Below are positions 22,828 through 29,084 of a stretch of DNA of 29,084 nt, piece after piece. The first letter of the stretch is position 1. Every line of letters starts with the position of its first letter. Location: positions 1 through 29,084 of the IMG/VR virus record IMGVR_UViG_3300043391_000006; one strand, given 5' to 3'. Source of the DNA: a virus (lineage: Duplodnaviria; Caudoviricetes). The notes beneath the pieces were generated by a model. The model ran no database searches. It was not told where the DNA came from and saw nothing but the letters and a program-made list of their open reading frames with translations. The position numbers and the translations under genes are program-made.

Positions 22828-23510
22828 CACCTATTGGGATATGCTCAAAAAACGAGAAGTGCTTACCTGTACTTCTTAAATCAATTGAGCTATATGTACC
22901 AGAAGATGTTGAGGTTTTTATAACCAGCCCAAACATTCAATCTTTGCCAAAACACAAAGTGCATCATTTTGTGCATACATACGAGACTGGCGGCGCTGCA
23001 CACAACTTCATGGCTCACAAGATATTTGAGATGCACGACAGTTTTGTTTCAATTGACGATGATGTAGTTCTAAATCCAAATACATACAGCGTATTGATGG
23101 ATGATGTCAATGAACTAAAGTCAATGGGATTCAAACTTGGCATTGTGGCTGGAAGGACGAACTACGCAAAGGGTTTTCAAAACATTCGCAAGGGTAGCGG
23201 CAAGTTGTATTCACTTGGGTATGAGAGTGAAAGCCATATTATTGAGACAGATTATTTGGCTGGCATTCTTGCTTGGTGTCAGAAGTCAACTTGGGTTGAC
23301 CTTGCCCCAATAGATTGGTTTTCAGATGACTTGCAGTGTGATGAGTTTATAAAAAACGATTGCAAACTATTTATATCTCGCGCTTATTTTCATCATGTTG
23401 GATCGCAAACATTCGGAACTGATTTTGCCAAGTGTGCAGAAAATTCAGAAAACTGGTTGCGCGAAAATAGATCAGATATGCATGAAAAATATTTTGAGAC
23501 TGAGAAGTGA
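22824..23510 (+). CDS. GT-A fold glycosyltransferase (GT2-like)
   Basis: FVSIDDDVVL (DxD), WFSDDLQC, YFHHVGSQT; more AT-rich than its neighbours. Confidence 0.75.
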   Translation: MTPIGICSKNEKCLPVLLKSIELYVPEDVEVFITSPNIQSLPKHKVHHFVHTYETGGAAHNFMAHKIFEMHDSFVSIDDDVVLNPNTYSVLMDDVNELKSMGFKLGIVAGRTNYAKGFQNIRKGSGKLYSLGYESESHIIETDYLAGILAWCQKSTWVDLAPIDWFSDDLQCDEFIKNDCKLFISRAYFHHVGSQTFGTDFAKCAENSENWLRENRSDMHEKYFETEK

Positions 23511-23557
23511 TCTCACCCATATGCATCCGACTGGTTTAATTCTTAAGGAATTTAAAT

Positions 23558-23854
23558 ATGAAAACACCCGCATGGCAGCGTAAAGAGGGAAAAAGTGCAT
23601 CTGGCGGCCTAAATGCCAAGGGACGCGCCAGCGCCAAGGCCGAGGGCATGAATTTAAAAGCGCCAATCAAGAGTGGCGACAATCCGCGCAGGGCGTCATT
23701 CCTTGCGAGAATGGGCAATATGCCAGGCCCAGAGATGAAAGACGGCGAGCCAACGCGATTGCTGTTGAGTTTGAGGGCTTGGGGCGCGTCAAGTAAGGCC
23801 GAGGCTCGAGAGAAGGCCAAAAATATATCTGCTAGAAACAAGGCAAAAAAATGA
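23558..23854 (+). CDS. Small basic protein (DUF6321-like)
   Basis: GGLNAKGRAS...NLKAP...RRASFLARM...SLRAW; TAAGGA RBS. Confidence 0.75.
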   Translation: MKTPAWQRKEGKSASGGLNAKGRASAKAEGMNLKAPIKSGDNPRRASFLARMGNMPGPEMKDGEPTRLLLSLRAWGASSKAEAREKAKNISARNKAKK

Positions 23855-26058
23855 TTAACGATATGAATATGCCCATTGACATGATGGACGCCATTGAGCC
23901 GATGGACGACACTGAACTGCAAGGCATTGTCTCTGCCGAGCTGGAGGACGCTGTCAGTTACATCGACTCTGATGTGTCCCCCATCCGCGCCCGAGGTACT
24001 GAGTATTACCGAGGCGATCCCTTTGGGAATGAGGAAGATGGCCGCAGCCAGGTGGTGGCGATGGAGGTGCGCGACACTGTCAGCGCCATGTTGCCCAGCC
24101 TGATGAAAGTCTTCTTCAGCTCAGAGAATGTGGTGGAGTATGTGCCGCGTGGACCCGAGGATGTCTCCGGCTCACAGCAGGCGACTGACTATGCTAACTA
24201 CATATTCAGCAACGACAACAATGGTTTTATGACCACCTATGCGTTGTTCAAGGACTCCTTGGTGCGTAAGTGCGGCATTGCAAAATATTATTGGGAAGAA
24301 AACGAAGAGGTAAAGATTGAGGAATATTCTGGCCTTGATGACCAGACTGTGCAAATCCTGATGCAAGAGGGTTCAGAGGTCAGGATTTTGGTGAGCTACC
24401 CTGACACATCAATCCCGATGGAGATGATGCAGCCACAGGTTGATCTAACGACCGGCCTGCCAATGCAGATGCAGCAACCCATGTTGCATGATGTGCAAGT
24501 CAAGCGCAATACCAAAGATGGCCGCATCCGCATCATGGCCGTACCACCCGAGGAGCTGGTGCTGGATCGCAGGGCGAGATCATTTGATGATGCCGGCATC
24601 ATTGCCCACCGCCAAATGGCGACTGTCTCTGACTTGATCGGCATGGGGTATGACCAAGACGAGATCGAAGAGAACATATCTAGCACCGACCTAGACAGCA
24701 ATGATGAGTATTTGGCGCGTCAGCCTCTGAGCACCACCATGGGCGCCGGCGACAGTCTGAATCCTATGCAGCGCAGGGTTTTGTATATCGAAGCATATAT
24801 GCGCGTTGACTTTGATGGTGACGGCATACCTGAGTTGCGGAAAATCTGCTGCATGGGTTCGGGTTACAAAATGGTGCGTAACTTACCCGCCAGCTATATC
24901 CCATTTGTGGACTTCCCATGTGACCCCGAGCCACACACTTCACCACTAGAAGCAATGTCGATCTTTGACATTACGCACGACATCCAAGAGATTAAGTCCG
25001 AGATTATGCGGAATACGCTCGATTCTTTGGCTCAGTCCATCCACCCGCGCACAGCGGTGGTTGAGGGTCAGGTCAATATTGATGACGTTTTAAATAACGA
25101 AACTGGCGCCATTATCCGGATGAGAGCACCAGGCATGGTGCAGCCATTCAGCTCGCCATTTGTTGGACAACCCGCATTTGCCATGATGGACTACATGGAC
25201 CAGATGCGCGAAGACCGCACCGGCATGAGCAAGGCGGCAATGGGTTTAGACCCTGATGCATTGCAGTCAACCACCAAGGCGGCGGTGGCCGCCACTGTCA
25301 GCGCCAGCAATCAAAGGCTTGAGCTGCAAGCTCGCATCTTGGCAGAGGGTATGAAGAAACTCTTCAAGGGTATTTTGTACTTGATGACCACACACCAAGA
25401 CAAGCCGCGCATGGTGCGTTTGCGTAACGAATGGGTGCAGATCGACCCCCGAGTGTGGGACGCCAGCATGGATGTCAATGTCAACATTGGCCTCGGTAAT
25501 GGTGACAACAACGAAAAGCTGGCCGCATTAAACCTGATTATGCAGAAACAAGAGCAAATAATGGCGCAGTTTGGACCCATGAATCAGATTGCGTCACTGC
25601 CGATGTACATCCGCACACTGCAAAAAGCCATTGAGTTGTCAGGAAACAAGGACGCATCCAGTTATTTCAATACGCTGCCTGCTGACTTTCAGATGCCCGA
25701 AGAGCAGCCCAAACCGACACCCGAAGAGGTGCTGGCACAGGTGCAGGCGCAGTCAATACAGGCCGACATACAAAAGAAAGCAGCCGAGCTGGAGTTAAAG
25801 CGCGAGCAGATGGTGCGTGATGATGATTACCGAAGAGATCAACTGGCGCAGGACTTACTGCTCAAGAAGTACGAATTGGAGTTAAAGTACGGCACACAGA
25901 TTAGCACTGCTGAGATTGACGCAAGGCAGGCTATGGACAGAGAGGCAATGCAACAGCAGACGGCTCTTGTGCAGCAGGCGGTGCAAGCCGCCAACCAAGT
26001 ACAAGCGCCGCCAGTTGAGCAGTTGCCACCCATCAACCCTAATGGAATGGTTCAATGA
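23851..26058 (+). CDS. Portal protein (P22/SU10-like)
   Basis: 735 aa; EYYRGDPFGNEEDGRSQVV, DIQEIKSEIMRNTLD, REDRTGMS; Q-rich C-terminal coiled coil; lies between terL and scaffold. Confidence 0.92.
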   Translation: MINDMNMPIDMMDAIEPMDDTELQGIVSAELEDAVSYIDSDVSPIRARGTEYYRGDPFGNEEDGRSQVVAMEVRDTVSAMLPSLMKVFFSSENVVEYVPRGPEDVSGSQQATDYANYIFSNDNNGFMTTYALFKDSLVRKCGIAKYYWEENEEVKIEEYSGLDDQTVQILMQEGSEVRILVSYPDTSIPMEMMQPQVDLTTGLPMQMQQPMLHDVQVKRNTKDGRIRIMAVPPEELVLDRRARSFDDAGIIAHRQMATVSDLIGMGYDQDEIEENISSTDLDSNDEYLARQPLSTTMGAGDSLNPMQRRVLYIEAYMRVDFDGDGIPELRKICCMGSGYKMVRNLPASYIPFVDFPCDPEPHTSPLEAMSIFDITHDIQEIKSEIMRNTLDSLAQSIHPRTAVVEGQVNIDDVLNNETGAIIRMRAPGMVQPFSSPFVGQPAFAMMDYMDQMREDRTGMSKAAMGLDPDALQSTTKAAVAATVSASNQRLELQARILAEGMKKLFKGILYLMTTHQDKPRMVRLRNEWVQIDPRVWDASMDVNVNIGLGNGDNNEKLAALNLIMQKQEQIMAQFGPMNQIASLPMYIRTLQKAIELSGNKDASSYFNTLPADFQMPEEQPKPTPEEVLAQVQAQSIQADIQKKAAELELKREQMVRDDDYRRDQLAQDLLLKKYELELKYGTQISTAEIDARQAMDREAMQQQTALVQQAVQAANQVQAPPVEQLPPINPNGMVQ

Positions 26059-26315
26059 ACGAAGAACAGGTGAAAAAAGGTCGTAGGTCCGAGCAGTTTA
26101 TGCAGGACGAGGTATTTGCAACGGCCTTGGAAAAGATGCGTGGAGATTTGCACTGGGAGTTTGAGAACAGCAAACCCGAAGAGGCTGCCAAGCGTGAAAT
26201 CATTTGGGCGCAGTTGCGTGCCATAGAGAATTTCAGAAATGAAATGGCAAAAATGATCGACAACGGCAAGGTGGCGCAACGCGCCATTGAGCGTGCATCC
26301 AAAAATCTTGTTTAA
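26055..26315 (+). CDS. Small helical head-module protein
   Basis: ATGA-coupled to the portal gene; KREIIWAQLRAIE; position between portal and scaffold. Confidence 0.75.
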   Translation: MNEEQVKKGRRSEQFMQDEVFATALEKMRGDLHWEFENSKPEEAAKREIIWAQLRAIENFRNEMAKMIDNGKVAQRAIERASKNLV

Positions 26316-26330
26316 ATAGGAAAATAGACC

Positions 26331-27323
26331 ATGCAGACAGTAGCACCAACGCCAGCCGGCAGTGCAGTACAAGGTCCAATGAATTTGGCTGAAGCAGCCA
26401 ATGCACTTGCAGGAATGCTCCCCGATGAGGGACAAGAGGATTCAAGCGAGGCGCAGTTGCCCGATGAGGGCGCGGCGGTAGATGAGGAATTATTAGCGGA
26501 CGCAGACGCGGCTGATGATGAAACAGATACCGAACAATCCGAGTTAGATGAAGACACCGAGGAGCAAGAACAGCCACAAGTCTTCTCCGTCAAGATTGAC
26601 GGCAAAGAAGTTGATGTGACGCTGGACGAGCTACAAAAAGGCTATTCAAGGACTCAGGATTACACACGCAAAACGCAGCAAATTGCCGAGGTGCGAAAGC
26701 AGACCGATGCAGAGTTGCAGGCAGTGCGTGCCGAGCGTGGGCAATACGCTCAGTTATTGAGTGCGCTGGAAGCACAGGTTCAGCAAGTGGCGCAGCCAAA
26801 CATTGATTGGGATCGTCTTTATCAGGAAGACCCCATCGAATGGGTACGGCAGCGCGAGGTGATGCGGGATAACCAAGACAGGGCAGCAGCCATTCAAAGT
26901 GAGCAGCAGCGCCTCAATCAGTTATCTCAGCAGGAGCAAGCACAGTTCATGCAGCAGAAATTGCAGCATGAGCAGGAGGCTTTATTGGCGGCCATCCCTG
27001 ATTGGAAGGACGCTAAGAAGGCTCAAGCTGAAAAGGCTTTGCTTGTTGAATTCGGTCAAAAGATCGGGTTCACACCGGACGAGTTGAAAAGTGTAGTGGA
27101 TCACAGGGCGGTCTTGATGCTGCGTAAGGCGGCACTCTACGATCAAATGATGTCCAAGAGGGGCAACATCAAGCCGGTGACCAATAACGGCCCTCGGCCT
27201 GCCAAGCCTGGTGCAGCAGGAAGAATCTCAAATACGACTGAAGCAGTTCGCGCAAAACAGCGTCTTGCAAAAACTGGCCGCATCGATGATGCGGCTGATG
27301 CAATTTACAAACTTTTAGGATAG
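26331..27323 (+). CDS. Capsid scaffolding protein
   Basis: Acidic N-terminus, VKIDGKEVDVTLDELQKGYSRTQDYTRKTQ, coiled coil, basic C-terminus; immediately before the MCP. Confidence 0.88.
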   Translation: MQTVAPTPAGSAVQGPMNLAEAANALAGMLPDEGQEDSSEAQLPDEGAAVDEELLADADAADDETDTEQSELDEDTEEQEQPQVFSVKIDGKEVDVTLDELQKGYSRTQDYTRKTQQIAEVRKQTDAELQAVRAERGQYAQLLSALEAQVQQVAQPNIDWDRLYQEDPIEWVRQREVMRDNQDRAAAIQSEQQRLNQLSQQEQAQFMQQKLQHEQEALLAAIPDWKDAKKAQAEKALLVEFGQKIGFTPDELKSVVDHRAVLMLRKAALYDQMMSKRGNIKPVTNNGPRPAKPGAAGRISNTTEAVRAKQRLAKTGRIDDAADAIYKLLG

Positions 27324-27331
27324 GAAAAATC

Positions 27332-28297
27332 ATGGCTATTGTTAGCAATACATTTCTGACTTACTCTGCAAAGGGTATTCGGGAAGACTTGAGCAATGTG
27401 ATCACCAACATTGCACCCGAAGAAACACCTTTTATGTCCAACATTGGCCGTGAAAACGTGACCAATACTCTGTTTGAATTTCAAACAGACACTTTGGCCG
27501 CAGCTGCTGCCAATGCACAGCTTGAGGGTGATGATGTCGGCACTTTTGATGCGGTGGTTGCGACTGTTCGCGTTCAAAACTACTGTCAGATCAGCCGCAA
27601 GACTATTGTCTTGTCAGCTACTGAAGAAGTGGTGAACAAAGCAGGCCGCCGTAGTGAACTGGCTTACCAGATCGCAAAGCGTGGCTCTGAGTTGAAGCGT
27701 GACCAAGAATTCATCATGTTGCAAAACACTGGTGCAGTTGCTGGTGACTCTACTACTGCGCGTAAGACAGGTTCTTTGACGGCCTTCTTGAAGACCAACA
27801 TTGATTTTGACACCACCAATGGTGCAAGCCCAACTTACACCACTCTGCCAAGCGCTGCGCGTACCGATGGCACTGTTCGCACTTTCACTGAAACCATTCT
27901 CAAGAATGTGATTCAAAAGGTGTGGACTGCTGGCGGCACACCCAAAATCTTGATGGTTGGCCCTGTCAACAAGCAGCGTGTGTCAGGTTTTGCTGGCATT
28001 GCATCTTCACGTTTCAACATTGATGGCGGTGCAAAGCCAGCCACATTGATCGGTGCAGTTGACATTTATGTCTCTGACTTTGGCAATGTGTCTGTGATTG
28101 CAAACCGCTTCCAGCGTGAGCGTGATGCGTTTGTGCTTGACCCTGACTACGCCAAGATGGTTGTGCTGCGCCCTTATCAGCAGATCGATCTGGCTAAATC
28201 AGGCGATGCCGATAAAAAAATGCTCATTGTCGAGTACGGATTGAAGGTGTTAGCAGAAAATGCTCACGGCTTGGCCGCTGACTTGGTTACTTCTTAA
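27332..28297 (+). CDS. Major capsid protein (DUF5309/SU10-type, HK97 fold)
   Basis: GIREDLSNVITNIAPEETPF, NYCQISRK, ELKRDQE, YVSDFG; AGGA RBS; strong terminator downstream. Confidence 0.92.
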   Translation: MAIVSNTFLTYSAKGIREDLSNVITNIAPEETPFMSNIGRENVTNTLFEFQTDTLAAAAANAQLEGDDVGTFDAVVATVRVQNYCQISRKTIVLSATEEVVNKAGRRSELAYQIAKRGSELKRDQEFIMLQNTGAVAGDSTTARKTGSLTAFLKTNIDFDTTNGASPTYTTLPSAARTDGTVRTFTETILKNVIQKVWTAGGTPKILMVGPVNKQRVSGFAGIASSRFNIDGGAKPATLIGAVDIYVSDFGNVSVIANRFQRERDAFVLDPDYAKMVVLRPYQQIDLAKSGDADKKMLIVEYGLKVLAENAHGLAADLVTS

Positions 28298-28310
28298 TAG
28301 TAAGCAATAG

Positions 28311-28338
28311 GAGAGGGGGGAGAAATCCCCCCTTTTTT
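28311..28338 (+). terminator. Rho-independent terminator after the MCP
   Basis: GGGGGGA-GAAA-TCCCCCC followed by T6. Confidence 0.88.
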
Positions 28339-28340
28339 AA

Positions 28341-28658
28341 ATGATTCACAAAAGACTACTTAGCGAAAACAAAGATCAAGGCATCTCGCGTTATTGGCAT
28401 GAGAATGCCGAAACTGGCGATGTGACCATCGAGACTGAACAAGATGTGACTGCGGTGGTGGAGGCTAACAAGGCCATCTATAACGCCGTGGATGAGAAGG
28501 CCAACTGGAATGGTGAGTGGCACTTGGTGGCATCCATCCCCGAGGCGCTTTATTACAAGATGAAGGCCGAGGGCAAGATCGATGATCAAGAGTACATGAA
28601 AAAATGGCTCAACGATCCAGACAATCAATTCTTTAGAACACGACCTGGGAAAGTATGA
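28341..28658 (+). CDS. Hypothetical protein downstream of the MCP (105 aa)
   Basis: QDVTAVVEANK, WHLVASIP, KKWLNDPDNQFFRT. Confidence 0.75.
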   Translation: MIHKRLLSENKDQGISRYWHENAETGDVTIETEQDVTAVVEANKAIYNAVDEKANWNGEWHLVASIPEALYYKMKAEGKIDDQEYMKKWLNDPDNQFFRTRPGKV

Positions 28659-29084
28659 AATACATTGCAGTTTGCACGCCAGCGCGTGACATGGTCCACA
28701 CCATGTTTACCTATGATCTTGTCAATATGGTGGCGTATCACACATTGAACACCAATGATGCTGTCAGCTTGAAAATATCGCAGGGTACGCTTATTGCCAA
28801 TCAGCGAGCTGAATTGTGCTTAGATGCGATGCATGAAAAATGCACCCATGTGCTTTTTATTGATTCAGATATGCGGTTTCCACAGGACATGATTGAGCGT
28901 TTGCTGCAACATGACTTGGACATTGTGGCAACCAACTGCGCCAGACGCCGTATGCCTACAGGACCCACCGCACAGATTTACAAAGAGAATGGCGAGCGTG
29001 AGCTGGTGTACACAATGCCCGAAACAACTGGACTGCAAGAAGTTGGCTCAGTTGGTATGGGTGTGATGCTGATCAAGGCCAATG
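28655..29084 (+). CDS. GT-A fold glycosyltransferase-like protein (partial, runs off the window end; absent from the ORF track)
   Basis: MKYIAVCTPARDMV...GTLIANQRAEL...THVLFIDSDMRFPQDMIERLL...VGMGVMLIK; DxD motif; ATGA overlap. Confidence 0.8.
   Translation, partial: MKYIAVCTPARDMVHTMFTYDLVNMVAYHTLNTNDAVSLKISQGTLIANQRAELCLDAMHEKCTHVLFIDSDMRFPQDMIERLLQHDLDIVATNCARRRMPTGPTAQIYKENGERELVYTMPETTGLQEVGSVGMGVMLIKAN

Noticed and set aside
1-29084. tRNA, rRNA, integrase, transposase, DNA polymerase, intron or intein
   Set aside because: None recognised by eye; intergenic gaps are short or otherwise explained. tRNAscan-SE and Infernal were not run.

Overview
About 29 kb of a circularly permuted podovirus-like tailed phage genome (P22/SU10-type portal, scaffold and major capsid). 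The host is probably a proteobacterium, judged from sigma70 promoters and IHF, DnaA and dif-like motifs; this is inference. Gene order: M15 endolysin, tail-associated genes, four large internal virion/ejection-type genes (1-10306, +); a leftward operon of small early genes (10310-12438, -); a divergent control region with a candidate ~70-nt sRNA and a leaderless Cro-like gene; RuvC-like resolvase, DUF2800-like nuclease, SSB, C5 DNA methyltransferase with an overprinted beta-subunit-like gene, primase-helicase followed by an iteron/palindrome origin candidate; terS, a non-coding terS-terL gap, terL; small basic proteins, a HiPIP-like protein, glycosyltransferases, portal, scaffold and MCP. No integrase, DNA polymerase, tRNA or CRISPR array is visible. 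The strongest leads are (1) an AT-rich cassette comprising the HhH-glycosylase-like C-terminal domain of the last putative ejection protein plus a convergent, unannotated 59-aa acidic gene, which looks like a swappable effector/antidote pair, and (2) a terS-terL gap packed with host-chromosome signals: 3 perfect and 1 near-perfect DnaA boxes, a perfect IHF site and an 11-6-11 dif-like site. All family calls are from motif recognition by eye, with no database searches.
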